Positions 17,733-27,604 of a DNA stretch of 64,000 nucleotides are shown here, one piece after another. Under the pieces are notes generated by a model that was not told where the DNA came from, made no database searches, and saw only the letters and a program-made list of their open reading frames with translations. Each line of letters starts with the position of its first letter. The stretch's first letter is position 1. This stretch comes from an uncultured Gammaproteobacteria bacterium. GTDB lineage: Bacteria > Patescibacteriota > Microgenomatia > UBA12405. A program made the translations under genes and the position numbers. The DNA lies in NCBI GenBank assembly GCA_964628885.1, contig CAZVMP010000002.1, positions 10,330-74,329 of the forward strand, written 5' to 3'.

Positions 17733-18818
17733 ATGACCTATGTTTATATTCTTTTAACTCTAATTTTAGCTGCTTTAATTTTCCTTATTCTTAAAAATAA
17801 AGCTAATAAACCTGAAGACATTAGTGCTGAATTTTTTAATCAATTTAATCAAAAATTCCCAGAAATTTTAAATCAGGCCAATACTAACTTAATTAATTTG
17901 GCCAATGAAAAAGTTGGTACTGATTTAAATAATAAAAAGCAAGCCATTGAAGAATTAGTCAGTCGCGCCCTTCTTGAAATTGAAAAAAATAATAAAAAAA
18001 TGGAAGAAGTTGAAATAAAACGGACCGGCTCGTTTTCAGTTTTAACTGAAAAACTTGAGGAACAAAAATCTTTAACTAATCAGCTAAAAGTTACCACTGA
18101 AGGTTTAAAGAATGTCTTAAGTAATAATCAATTACGGGGACAATTTGGTGAACAAGTTGCTGAAGATTTACTTAAAATGTCAGGGTTTGTTAGTGGAGTT
18201 AGTTATGATAAGCAGGTTTCTGGTGATTCATCCCGACCTGATTTTACTGTTTATCTACCTGATGGCATGAAAGTTAATATTGACTCTAAATTTCCTTATC
18301 AAAATTTAGTTAAAATGAGTGAGTCTGATAATAAAGAGGAAAAAGAAAGATTTAAAAAACTTTTTGAACAAGATATTAAAACAAAAATTAAAGAAGCTAG
18401 TAGCCGGGAGTATATAAACCCCGAAGATAATACTGTTGATTTTGTCATTTTATTTATCCCCAACGAAATGATTTTTAGTTTTATTTATGATCGTTTTCCT
18501 AATGTTTGGCAAGATGCTATGGGTAAAAAAGTCGTCCTCGCCGGTCCTTTTAGTTTTACCGCAATTTTGCGGATGATTCGCCAAGCTTACGATAACTTTA
18601 GATATCAAAAAAACGTTGCCAACATCATTAGTTATATTAAAAAATTTTCCGAAGAGTTTGATAGCTATAGTAAAGGATTTAAAGACTTAGGATCTCGAAT
18701 CGAAGCTCTCCAAAGACAATATACTGCCGTTGATACTACTCGCACCAAACAGTTGGTAAAAATTGTCAACAAAATTAAAACCGAGGAAACAGGAAACTTA
18801 GAAGAACTTCATGAATAA
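17733..18818 (+). CDS. rmuC: DNA recombination protein RmuC
   Basis: N-terminal TM and coiled coil; RGQFGE, RPDF, IDSKFP and DFVILFIPNE motifs. Confidence 0.9.
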   Translation: MTYVYILLTLILAALIFLILKNKANKPEDISAEFFNQFNQKFPEILNQANTNLINLANEKVGTDLNNKKQAIEELVSRALLEIEKNNKKMEEVEIKRTGSFSVLTEKLEEQKSLTNQLKVTTEGLKNVLSNNQLRGQFGEQVAEDLLKMSGFVSGVSYDKQVSGDSSRPDFTVYLPDGMKVNIDSKFPYQNLVKMSESDNKEEKERFKKLFEQDIKTKIKEASSREYINPEDNTVDFVILFIPNEMIFSFIYDRFPNVWQDAMGKKVVLAGPFSFTAILRMIRQAYDNFRYQKNVANIISYIKKFSEEFDSYSKGFKDLGSRIEALQRQYTAVDTTRTKQLVKIVNKIKTEETGNLEELHE

Positions 18819-19101
18819 AAAATTTATTTATTTTTCTCTTATTATTTGGTCGGGGTTTTTACTTTTTATTAATTATGTTTCTCCTCAGTTCCTTTGGGCT
18901 AAAATCATATTTTTCTTTATTATTTTTGCTGGATCATTATCTCTGACTTTCATTTTTTTTCAAAATTATTTACTTTGTTTTTTAATTAGTTTTTATTTAA
19001 CGGTAATTTTTTTACTCCAATCATTCCGCCAATTATCTCTTATTAACCTAAGTCTATCTGCTTTGATTTTTGCTTTGATTTTTTTTATTATCAAAAACTA
19101 A
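18811..19101 (+). CDS. Small membrane protein, unknown function
   Basis: About four hydrophobic segments; overlaps the rmuC end. Confidence 0.6.
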   Translation: MNKKFIYFSLIIWSGFLLFINYVSPQFLWAKIIFFFIIFAGSLSLTFIFFQNYLLCFLISFYLTVIFLLQSFRQLSLINLSLSALIFALIFFIIKN

Positions 19102-19115
19102 GTTATCTATCCCTC

Positions 19116-19152
19116 TTGACAACTGTTAGCAGTCATTCTATTATATTGCTAA
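19116..19152 (+). promoter_or_regulatory. Sigma70 promoter overlapped by a CIRCE-like operator
   Basis: TTGACA(19116)-N17-TATTAT(19139); TTAGCAGTC-N9-TATTGCTAA at 19126-19152 versus CIRCE TTAGCACTC-N9-GAGTGCTAA; directly before hrcA. Confidence 0.8.
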
Positions 19153-19153
19153 T

Positions 19154-19891
19154 ATGACAGACTTAACCCAGCGACAGATAAAAATTCTTAAATGTGTTAC
19201 CGAAGAATTTATTGAAACCGCCTCTCCGGTTGGTTCCGAGACTTTGGAGAAAAAATATTCTCTAGGGACTTCTTCTGCCACCATTAGAAATGAAATGGCC
19301 ACCTTAACTCAAATGGGGTTTCTTAAAAAAGGTCATCTTTCTGCTGGTAGATCTCCCACTTCCATGGGTCTTAAATACTATGTTAAAAATTTAATGACTC
19401 CTAAAAATCTCTCTGTTAGTGAAGAAGTTGGTGTCAAGGAAAAAGTTTGGGATTATCGTAACGAATTTGATTCTCTTCTTAGAGAAACTACCAAAGAGCT
19501 GGCTAGTCGCACTCGGTCTATGGCTATTGCCACTACCGACCACGGTGTTATCTATAGTCACGGAGCTTCAAATTTACTTGAAGAACCCGAGTTTTATAAC
19601 ATAGATGTTACTAAAACTGTTTTATCTCTATTAGATAATTACAATTTTTGGTTTGATATTATCAACAAAGCTTCTTCTGTCAGTGACGCTGATGATGATT
19701 TCGTTCATTTACTTATTGGTGAAGATTTGGGAATTGAACATTTAGAGCCATGTGGTTTTGTTTATCAAAAATATGAAGCTGGGCCTCATCGAGGAGTCGT
19801 TGGTGTTGTTGGTCCAGCCAGATGTCACTATCCTCATATTGTTCCTATAGTTGACTATTTTGCCGAACTTATATCTAAAATTACTCGTTAA
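19154..19891 (+). CDS. hrcA: Heat-inducible transcription repressor HrcA
   Basis: LTQRQIKIL, PVGS, SSATIRNEM, SAGRSPT and GVVGPAR; precedes grpE-dnaK. Confidence 0.92.
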   Translation: MTDLTQRQIKILKCVTEEFIETASPVGSETLEKKYSLGTSSATIRNEMATLTQMGFLKKGHLSAGRSPTSMGLKYYVKNLMTPKNLSVSEEVGVKEKVWDYRNEFDSLLRETTKELASRTRSMAIATTDHGVIYSHGASNLLEEPEFYNIDVTKTVLSLLDNYNFWFDIINKASSVSDADDDFVHLLIGEDLGIEHLEPCGFVYQKYEAGPHRGVVGVVGPARCHYPHIVPIVDYFAELISKITR

Positions 19892-19899
19892 TTTTTTCT

Positions 19900-20373
19900 A
19901 TGCCAAAATCAAAAAAAACTAAACCAGATTTAGCTAGATCTAAAAAAACACCTTCTAACCAGTCTCAATTAATTACTGAGTTGGAAGTAAAACTTAAACG
20001 GTCTTTGGCCGACTATGCTAATTTAGAAAAAAGAGTTGAATCTCAACGTCAATTTTTTGTCACCCTGGCCACTACTGCCATGGTTATCAAGATGATTGAA
20101 GCTTTAGATGATTTCAATCTTACTTATAAGCATCTTCAAGATGACGGTCTTAAAATTGCCATTGATAAGTTTAAAACAGCTCTTAAAAGTGAGGGAGTAG
20201 AAGAAATTGAGGCTTTAAACCAAAAATTTAACCCTGAAGTTATGGAATGTGTTGAGGCTGTTACTGGTCCAGAAAATTTAGTTGTTTTAGTTAAAAAACC
20301 TGGTTATAAATTAAATGGTCATGTTATCCGACCGGCCCAGGTTGCCGTCGGTAAAACCAATATTAAAAATTAA
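19900..20373 (+). CDS. grpE: Nucleotide exchange factor GrpE
   Basis: ADYANLEKR, FNPEVMEC and GYKLNGHVIRPAQVAV motifs. Confidence 0.92.
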   Translation: MPKSKKTKPDLARSKKTPSNQSQLITELEVKLKRSLADYANLEKRVESQRQFFVTLATTAMVIKMIEALDDFNLTYKHLQDDGLKIAIDKFKTALKSEGVEEIEALNQKFNPEVMECVEAVTGPENLVVLVKKPGYKLNGHVIRPAQVAVGKTNIKN

Positions 20374-20390
20374 TTATTTTATAAAAAATT

Positions 20391-22316
20391 ATGTCAAACA
20401 AAATTATCGGAATCGATCTTGGTACTACCAATTCTTGTGTCGCTGTTATGGAAGGCGGCACCCCTAAAATTATTGTCAGCGCTGAAGGTCGTAATACTAT
20501 CCCTTCAGTAGTTGAGCCTATTAAAAAACTAGTTGGCGATTTGGCCAAACGGCAAATGGTTTTAAACTCTGAAAACACTGTTTATAGTGTTAAGCGACTT
20601 ATGGGTCGCCGAATAGATGATCCTGAGGTAAAAAAGACTCAATCTGTCTCTCCTTATAAAATTGTTGCCGGCAAAGACAAAATGGCTGCAGTTGAAATTG
20701 GAGGTAAGGCTTACACTCCCCAAGAAATTTCAGCCATGATTATTCAAAAGGCTAAAACTGATGCCGAAAAATATTTAGGTGAAAAAGTTACTGATGCCGT
20801 TATTACCGTTCCTGCTTATTTTGACGACTCTCAGCGTCAGGCTACTAAACAGGCTGGTGAAATTGCCGGTCTTAACGTTCAGCGGATTGTTAACGAACCA
20901 ACTGCGGCAGCTTTAACCTATGGTGTCGACAAAAAGAAGTCAGGAGTTGTTGCTGTTTATGATTTAGGTGGTGGTACTTTTGATATTTCTATCCTAGATA
21001 TTGGCGATGGGGTTATTGAGGTTATGGCTACCAACGGTGATACTTTCCTTGGCGGTGATGATTTTGATCAAAAAATTATTACTTGGATTATTGACGATTT
21101 CCAAAAACAAAATGGAGTTGATTTAGGTAAAGATCCTCAAGCTCTTCAACGGGTTAGAGAGGCTGCTGAAAAAGCTAAAATTGAGTTAAGTAGTGCTATT
21201 GAAACCGAAATTAACCTTCCTTTTATTACTCAAAAAGACGGCAATCCTCTCCATCTTACCAAAAAAATGACTCGGTCTGAGTTAGAAAAAATAGTTGATG
21301 AATTGATTCAAAAAACTCTTGATCCAATCGAAAAATGTTTACAAGATGCCAACAAAAAATCAGACGGTAAAATAACCAAATCAACCATTTCTGAAGTGAT
21401 TATGGTTGGAGGGATGACTCGGATGCCTAAAGTTCAGGAAGTTGTTAAGAAATTTTTTAACAAAGATCTTGATGTCAGCGTTAATCCAGATGAAGTTGTT
21501 GCTGTTGGGGCAGCTATCCAAGGAGCCTCTCTTACTGGAGAGTCTCAGTTTAAAGACATTGTTTTACTTGATGTCACTCCATTAACTTTTGGGATTGAAA
21601 CTGCCGGTGGTGTTCGGACTCCACTAATTGATCGTAATACCACTGTTCCTATTAAGAAATCTCAGATTTTTACTACCTATTCTGATAATCAACCTCAGGT
21701 AGAAATTAATGTTCTTCAAGGTGAAAGGCCTATGGCTGCTGATAATAAGTCTCTCGGCCGCTTTATTCTTGACGGAATTGCTCCTGCTCCTCGAGGGATG
21801 CCTCAAATTGAAGTTACTTTTGATATTGACAGCAATGGTATTTTGTCAGTTTCTGCCAAAGACAAGGGGACTGGTAAGGAACAGCGAATTACTATTCAAA
21901 ACGCCACTAATTTAAAAGAAGATGAAATTGAGCAGATGAAGAAAGATGCCGAAGCTCATGCTAGAGAAGACGAAGACAAACGACTTTTAGCTGAAGCTAA
22001 AAACAAACTCGATGGCACTATCTTCTCTGGTGAGAAAACTCTTAAAGATTTTGCCGACAAAATTAAACCTGAAGATAAAGAAAAAATTGAGTCAAAACTT
22101 AAGGAATCTAAAGAGGTTCTTGCCAAAACCGATGTTCAGATTGATGAACTTAATAAAATTAGCGAAGAGTTAAGTCAGATTTTACAAACCGTCGGTGCTG
22201 CTATTTATCAGCAACAACCACCTGAAGCTGATCAAGCTCAACCTCAAGCTAACCCTGAAGCAGAACCTAAATCAGATGATAAAAAAGAAGCTGAAGAAGG
22301 TGAGGTTGTTAATTAA
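20391..22316 (+). CDS. dnaK: Chaperone DnaK
   Basis: [25 protein letters not shown] and DLGGGTFD motifs. Confidence 0.98.
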   Translation: MSNKIIGIDLGTTNSCVAVMEGGTPKIIVSAEGRNTIPSVVEPIKKLVGDLAKRQMVLNSENTVYSVKRLMGRRIDDPEVKKTQSVSPYKIVAGKDKMAAVEIGGKAYTPQEISAMIIQKAKTDAEKYLGEKVTDAVITVPAYFDDSQRQATKQAGEIAGLNVQRIVNEPTAAALTYGVDKKKSGVVAVYDLGGGTFDISILDIGDGVIEVMATNGDTFLGGDDFDQKIITWIIDDFQKQNGVDLGKDPQALQRVREAAEKAKIELSSAIETEINLPFITQKDGNPLHLTKKMTRSELEKIVDELIQKTLDPIEKCLQDANKKSDGKITKSTISEVIMVGGMTRMPKVQEVVKKFFNKDLDVSVNPDEVVAVGAAIQGASLTGESQFKDIVLLDVTPLTFGIETAGGVRTPLIDRNTTVPIKKSQIFTTYSDNQPQVEINVLQGERPMAADNKSLGRFILDGIAPAPRGMPQIEVTFDIDSNGILSVSAKDKGTGKEQRITIQNATNLKEDEIEQMKKDAEAHAREDEDKRLLAEAKNKLDGTIFSGEKTLKDFADKIKPEDKEKIESKLKESKEVLAKTDVQIDELNKISEELSQILQTVGAAIYQQQPPEADQAQPQANPEAEPKSDDKKEAEEGEVVN

Positions 22317-22329
22317 TAAATTTGCTTAA

Positions 22330-22357
22330 TTGGTACCCCGCACTGGCGGGGTACCAA
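22330..22357. terminator. Perfect 12-bp hairpin after dnaK (terminator or mRNA stabiliser)
   Basis: TTGGTACCCCGC-ACTG-GCGGGGTACCAA; no strong U tract. Confidence 0.65.
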
Positions 22358-22361
22358 AACT

Positions 22362-22556
22362 ATGTCTATTATTGGAAAAAAAGTCTTACCAAAATACTTT
22401 AAAAGACTTTTAACTGGTAATAAAAACCTTAAATTACAACTCAATAATTTTATTTGTAAAAAAGTGACTTACCTTACCAAATTCAAGATAGGTAAATTCT
22501 TTTTGCCAAAATCAGAAATTGAAAACAAGGTTATTCAAATAATTGCGTTAAAATAA
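22362..22556 (+). pseudogene. Probable internally deleted DUF3850/ASCH-like remnant
   Basis: KKVLPKYFKRLLTGNKNLKLQ resembles the K..P.YF..I..G.K.FE.R start of DUF3850, but the central GD.L.L.E segment is absent. Confidence 0.4.
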
Positions 22557-22561
22557 ACTTT

Positions 22562-23419
22562 ATGAAAAAAGATTTTTACGAGGTTCTAGGAGTTTCTAAA
22601 AACGCCACTAAAAGTGATATCAAAAGTGCTTATCGCAAAATGGCTTTAAAATTTCACCCTGATAAAAATAAGGCTTCCGATGCTGAAGATCGATTTAAAG
22701 AAATCAACGAAGCTTATGAAGTTTTAAGTAACGATCAAAAAAAATCCGCCTACGATCAGTTTGGTCATGCTGCCTTTGATCCTAATGCCGGTCCTTCTGG
22801 GGGTCGGACCTATACTCAACAAAACGGCCCTTTTAACTTTACCTACACTCAAACCGGTGGCAACGTTGGTGGTGCTGATTTTGACTTTGGTGGTTTTTCT
22901 AATCCTTTTGATATTTTTGAACAATTTTTTGGGGCCGGTTTTACTAATCAGCAAAGCCGCGGCAGACGCCTAGAAACTTATAAAATTAGTATTTCTTTTT
23001 TAGAAGCTGCCAAAGGAGTTGAGAAAGAATTTAATATTGATGGTAAGCACCATAAAATTAAAATTCCTGCTGGAGTCGATGATGGTCAACAAATTAGATT
23101 TAAAGATTTTATTCTTTATATCGATGTTCTCCCAGATAAAACTTTCAAACGTGAAGGTAATGATATTTTTGTCACTATCAATTTAACTTTTTCTCAAGCC
23201 GTTTTGGGAACCGAAATTGAAGTTCCTACTTTAACCGAACCGGTTAAAATTAAGGTTAAATCGGGAACTCAACCTAACACTCTTATTCGTCTTCGTGGCC
23301 GTGGCATCAAACAACTTTCTGGCTTTGGTATTGGTGACCTTTATATTCGTCTGATGGTTCAAATACCTACTAGATTATCTCTTCGACAAAAAGAATTAAT
23401 CAAAGAACTTGGTTTGTAG
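22562..23419 (+). CDS. dnaJ: DnaJ-class co-chaperone lacking the zinc finger
   Basis: J domain with HPD, G/F region and C-terminal domain; no CxxCxGxG repeats. Confidence 0.88.
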   Translation: MKKDFYEVLGVSKNATKSDIKSAYRKMALKFHPDKNKASDAEDRFKEINEAYEVLSNDQKKSAYDQFGHAAFDPNAGPSGGRTYTQQNGPFNFTYTQTGGNVGGADFDFGGFSNPFDIFEQFFGAGFTNQQSRGRRLETYKISISFLEAAKGVEKEFNIDGKHHKIKIPAGVDDGQQIRFKDFILYIDVLPDKTFKREGNDIFVTINLTFSQAVLGTEIEVPTLTEPVKIKVKSGTQPNTLIRLRGRGIKQLSGFGIGDLYIRLMVQIPTRLSLRQKELIKELGL

Positions 23420-23517
23420 TCTAAATTAGATGTGATAAAATACCAAAAACTTAGGAAATATCCTTTGTTTGTCCAAAAGCGGACTAGCACCTAAAAAAAA
23501 GATTGGAGGAAGGTCAA

Positions 23518-24078
23518 ATGATGAGTCTGTCAGAAACCATTGCTTCTCACTTGAGACTGTCGGCAGAAAATGCCAAAGAAAGAGAAAAGGAGTTAAGGGA
23601 AAAAGAACGCCTAAAAGCAGCAGTAGAAAAGAAAAAAGCAGCAGCAAGAAAAAGAAAGGAGATTAAAAAAGAAAGAGAAGCACAAAAAAGGTACCTTGCT
23701 GATAAGGCAAGGTTTGAGAATCAAGGTCTTCTAGAGATCCTGAATCTTATTATTCAAGGTTTAAATAGTAACAGAGCTGATTTCTTACCTGTCAAGAAAA
23801 GAATCATCGACTATTTTGCCAAGAACCCTCACAATGAAAGGATTCACCAAGGAGTTGTTCTGTTTTCTATCACCATTACAGACTCAACTCGATTTGTCGC
23901 TACCTTAACCTGTGCCTGGGACTTTTATCGTCGAAATGTTTTCAAAATTTCTTACGAAGGAGGACGGGCTGTTCTTAATAGTGACTTGTCTCCTTCGGGT
24001 AAAAAAGAAGAGGTTAAACTTTCAGCCACTCCAAATGAGGCAGCCAAAAAAATCATTGATTTTTTAATGACTGTCTAA
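23518..24078 (+). CDS. Hypothetical protein with Lys/Glu/Arg-rich helical N-terminus
   Basis: GGAGG SD 8 nt before ATG 23518; own promoter (TGaTAAAAT at 23433) and terminator. Confidence 0.6.
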   Translation: MMSLSETIASHLRLSAENAKEREKELREKERLKAAVEKKKAAARKRKEIKKEREAQKRYLADKARFENQGLLEILNLIIQGLNSNRADFLPVKKRIIDYFAKNPHNERIHQGVVLFSITITDSTRFVATLTCAWDFYRRNVFKISYEGGRAVLNSDLSPSGKKEEVKLSATPNEAAKKIIDFLMTV

Positions 24079-24084
24079 AACATT

Positions 24085-24127
24085 GCGCCCATCGGGTTAC
24101 AAAAAAACAAATGGGCGCTTTTTTTTT
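24085..24127 (+). terminator. Intrinsic terminator
   Basis: GCGCCCAT...ATGGGCGC followed by a long T tract. Confidence 0.8.
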
Positions 24128-24184
24128 ATCGATATTCTGCTATAATAAACCCGTTAATATAAATTTTTGCGGTTTAAAAATAAT

Positions 24185-24207
24185 GGGGCTGGTACAGCCC
24201 CTTTTTT
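24185..24207 (+). promoter_or_regulatory. Terminator-like attenuator in the nusA leader
   Basis: GGGGCTG-GTA-CAGCCCC-TTTTTT, between TGcTATAAT (about 24138-24146) and the nusA SD AAGGAG. Confidence 0.7.
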
Positions 24208-24230
24208 AGTAAACCATTAAAAGGAGACTT

Positions 24231-25217
24231 ATGGATTTAAAAAAACTACCAAAAACAGAGTTTGCTGCTGCTGTGGCTCAAATTGCCGGCGAGCGTAATA
24301 TTGACGTTCAATCCATCTTAGACTCCATTGAGCTTGGACTTATTTCTGCTTATAAACGTGATCAAAAAGAACGTGGTACCGAAGTTTCTGAAGAGGATAA
24401 ATTTGAAATTGAACTCTCAGCTGACAGTGGTTCTTTTAAGGTTTTTAAACTTAACGGTGATCAAAAAATAGAAGTTACTCCTCCTGGTTTTGGTCGAATT
24501 GCTGCTCAAACTGCCAAACAGGTGATTGATCAAAAAATTCATGAAGTTGAAAAAGAAACCATTGTTACTGAATTTCAAAAGAAAATTGGGAGTTTGATCC
24601 CGGGAATTGCCCTACGCTCAGACCCTTATAAACTAGTTGTTGGTGTCGGTAAAACTGAAGGTATTTGTCCTAAAGATGAACAAATACGTAACGAGGTCAT
24701 TCAGCTAGGTAGTCGCAAGTGGTTTTTACTTAAATCTATTATTAAAGATGAAACCGGTAAAAGTGAAATTGTCCTTTCTCGTCGTGATCCTGAATTTATT
24801 AAGCAACTGTTTGTTCGTGAGGTTCCTGAAGTTGGTAATAAGTCGGTTACTATTGAAAGAATCGCCAGATCTGCTGGTGAAAGAACTAAAATTGCTGTTT
24901 ATTCTACTCAAGCAGGAGTCGACCCTGTTGGTTCTTGTATTGGTCAAAAAGGATCTCGAATTCAAGCCATCCTTAATGAACTTCCACCATCAGAGAAAGT
25001 CGACGTCGTTCCTTTTTCAAAAAATATCAATCATTTTGTAGTTCAAGCTTTATCACCAGCTCAAGATATTAAAGTTATTTCTATCAACGATGATATTGCT
25101 ACCGTTTCCGTTCCCGAAAACCAGTTAGCCCTGGCTATTGGTGGTGGTGGCGAAAATGTCCGTTTAGCCGGGCAACTAGTTGGACTAGAAATTAAAATCA
25201 CCCAAGATCAGGAATAA
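24231..25217 (+). CDS. nusA: Transcription factor NusA
   Basis: FGRIAAQTAKQV, EVPEV, DPVGSCIGQKGSRI and LAIGGGGENVRLA motifs. Confidence 0.95.
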   Translation: MDLKKLPKTEFAAAVAQIAGERNIDVQSILDSIELGLISAYKRDQKERGTEVSEEDKFEIELSADSGSFKVFKLNGDQKIEVTPPGFGRIAAQTAKQVIDQKIHEVEKETIVTEFQKKIGSLIPGIALRSDPYKLVVGVGKTEGICPKDEQIRNEVIQLGSRKWFLLKSIIKDETGKSEIVLSRRDPEFIKQLFVREVPEVGNKSVTIERIARSAGERTKIAVYSTQAGVDPVGSCIGQKGSRIQAILNELPPSEKVDVVPFSKNINHFVVQALSPAQDIKVISINDDIATVSVPENQLALAIGGGGENVRLAGQLVGLEIKITQDQE

Positions 25218-25242
25218 TTTATAGTTTCTGATTTTTAAAAAT

Positions 25243-26658
25243 ATGACACAATCTAAATCTACTATTATTTTTCGTCCCCCGATTGTCACCGTTATGGGTC
25301 ATATTGATCATGGTAAAACTAGTCTTTTGGATAAAATTAGATCCACTGATATTACCCATCGAGAAGCCGGAGGTATCACTCAACACATTGGGGCTCATCA
25401 GGTTCAGGGGATTACTTTTATCGATACTCCTGGGCATGCCGCCTTTTGTGACATGCGTTCTCGTGGTGCTAGTATTACTGATATTATTGTTTTGGTCGTA
25501 GCTGCTACCGAAGGAATTATGCCTCAAACTAAAGAATGTATTGAGCATATTAAACGGAGCGATATCCCCTTTATTGTCGCCATGAATAAGATGGATTTAG
25601 AGAACATCTCTCCTGATAAAGTTAAAGGGCAGTTGGTTGAAATTGGTCTTACTCCAGAAGAGTATGGTGGTCAGGTAGCCGTTGTTCCTGTTTCTGCTAA
25701 AACAGGTCAGGGGATTGACCAATTACTTGACCTCATTAAACTTAATGCTGAAATTTTAGAATTAACATCTTATCCTGATAAACCCTTAAAAGCTTTTGTT
25801 ATTGAATCTAAACTTGACAAGTCTCGTGGCCCAGTGGCTTCACTTATAATTCAGGAAGGTACTTTAAGCTTAGGAGATCATGTCTATGCTGATGATGTTT
25901 TGTGTAAGGTTAAAGCTATTGTTGATGATAAGGGTCAAAATCTTAAATCTGCCGGTCCTAGTCTTCCAGTTGAAGTTTTGGGCTTTGAATTAGTTCCTTG
26001 TGTTGGTAGTCAAGTTACTCCGGAAAAACATCAGCCTACTGCCGAATCTCAATGTAAGGTTAGGTATGAGTACGATGAGGATAATCCCAAACTAAAAATT
26101 ATTCTTAAGGCCGATGTTGAAGGTACTCTTGAAGCTCTTAAAAACAGTTTTTCTGATGATGTTTATCTCCTCTCTGAGGGGGTCGGTGCTGTTACTGACA
26201 ATGATGTCTTTATGGCTGAAACTGGCGATGCTCAAATCTTTGCTTTTAGTGTCAACACTCCTAAACAAATTCTTAAGTTAGCTGAGAAGAGTCAGGTTAA
26301 AATTTTTCAGTCAAAAATTATTTATGAGATTATTGAAAATATTCAATCTCAAGTTCTTAAAATGTTAGAACCGACTATTGATGAGACTATTCTTGGAGAA
26401 GGTCTTATTAAAGCTGAATTTAAAATTGATAAGGTTAGAATTGCTGGAGTTCAATGTACTAAAGGTGAAATTACTAAAGGCGACTTAATTCATCTTAAAA
26501 GAGATGGAAAAATTATTAAAGATACTAAGGTTGAGGGAGTTCGTCGTGGCAAAGATATTGTTGATAAAATTAAATCTGGCTCTGATTGTGGAATGACTTT
26601 TAAGCCTTATATTGACTTTAAGTTAAACGATGTTATAATATCCTATAACAAGACGTAA
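25243..26658 (+). CDS. infB: Translation initiation factor IF-2 (short, no N-terminal domain)
   Basis: [27 protein letters not shown] and DTPGHAAF motifs. Confidence 0.95.
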   Translation: MTQSKSTIIFRPPIVTVMGHIDHGKTSLLDKIRSTDITHREAGGITQHIGAHQVQGITFIDTPGHAAFCDMRSRGASITDIIVLVVAATEGIMPQTKECIEHIKRSDIPFIVAMNKMDLENISPDKVKGQLVEIGLTPEEYGGQVAVVPVSAKTGQGIDQLLDLIKLNAEILELTSYPDKPLKAFVIESKLDKSRGPVASLIIQEGTLSLGDHVYADDVLCKVKAIVDDKGQNLKSAGPSLPVEVLGFELVPCVGSQVTPEKHQPTAESQCKVRYEYDEDNPKLKIILKADVEGTLEALKNSFSDDVYLLSEGVGAVTDNDVFMAETGDAQIFAFSVNTPKQILKLAEKSQVKIFQSKIIYEIIENIQSQVLKMLEPTIDETILGEGLIKAEFKIDKVRIAGVQCTKGEITKGDLIHLKRDGKIIKDTKVEGVRRGKDIVDKIKSGSDCGMTFKPYIDFKLNDVIISYNKT

Positions 26659-26761
26659 ACGGCACTAAATTAGGTTGCTGTTTAGTCTTTTTTAACTGCC
26701 AAGTTAATTAATAAGAATTTAAAAAAGCAGGGTTTCTCAATTACCAGAAACAAAATTTCTT

Positions 26762-27511
26762 ATGAAAAATTACAAAGTCCAGGATATTAAAAATTTACTT
26801 CAGACTGCCAAGTCCGCTTTGATTGTAGTCCCTCAATTAAGTATTGATAGTTTATCTGCCGGTCTAGCTCTAGCCTTGTCTCTTAAGGATAATAATATTG
26901 AAACTAAAATCTTCTGTCCTCAGAAACCGGACGATAATTATTCTAAGCTTAGTGGTCTTGAATTAGTTACTGACACTCATGATCAAAATGATTTAGTAAT
27001 TACTCTTGATTATCCTCTTGATCAGATTGAAACTGTTAATTATAACCAGGATAACGGCAAACTTAATTTAGTTGTCCAAACTAAAGATGGTTCTCCTAAA
27101 GTTTCTCAAAATCAAATTTTAATTGCTAATCAATCTGGAAGTGCTGATATCAACTTTATTTTAGGTGATGAAACTAGCCTAGGAGTTAATTCTAATATTG
27201 TTAATTCTGGTACTTGGGTTCAAATTTCCCCTAATAATAATATTAAACCTTGGGCTAAAGCCAGCTTAGTTGATCAAGATGCTCCTTATTCAGAAATGTT
27301 TACTTTCTTTTTACCGATGCTGGGATTTAATCTTAATCAAGATACTGCTAAAAACCTACTTATTGGCTTGCGTGTTGCTACTCAGTCGTTTTCTATTAAT
27401 GTTTCTCCAGAAACCTTTGAAGCTGGGGCTCTTTGTCTTCGTGCTACTCAATCATCTCCTCCTCAAGAAGTTCAAGTTAAACCTGACTCAAACTTTGTTC
27501 CCACCGCTTAA
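26762..27511 (+). CDS. Degenerate DHH/NrnA-like protein
   Basis: DSLSAGLALA and AKNLLIGLRVATQSF resemble DHH motifs I and IV; position after infB is typical of NrnA; no DHH triad. Confidence 0.5.
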   Translation: MKNYKVQDIKNLLQTAKSALIVVPQLSIDSLSAGLALALSLKDNNIETKIFCPQKPDDNYSKLSGLELVTDTHDQNDLVITLDYPLDQIETVNYNQDNGKLNLVVQTKDGSPKVSQNQILIANQSGSADINFILGDETSLGVNSNIVNSGTWVQISPNNNIKPWAKASLVDQDAPYSEMFTFFLPMLGFNLNQDTAKNLLIGLRVATQSFSINVSPETFEAGALCLRATQSSPPQEVQVKPDSNFVPTA

Positions 27512-27604
27512 TAACTTCGTGTTATAATCTCTCCTAGACTAAAAACGGTTTTTGGGTTGCTATTCCTAAATATTATTATTTTACCGATTTTAGCCGCATA
27601 ACTT

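Noticed and set aside
23426-23666. Alternative 65-aa and 73-aa ORFs over the orphan gene
   Set aside because: By-products of purine-rich low-complexity sequence; the SD-led frame at 23518 is better supported.
26640-26761. Possible ncRNA between infB and the DHH-like gene
   Set aside because: Only short AT-rich stems and no recognisable family motif.
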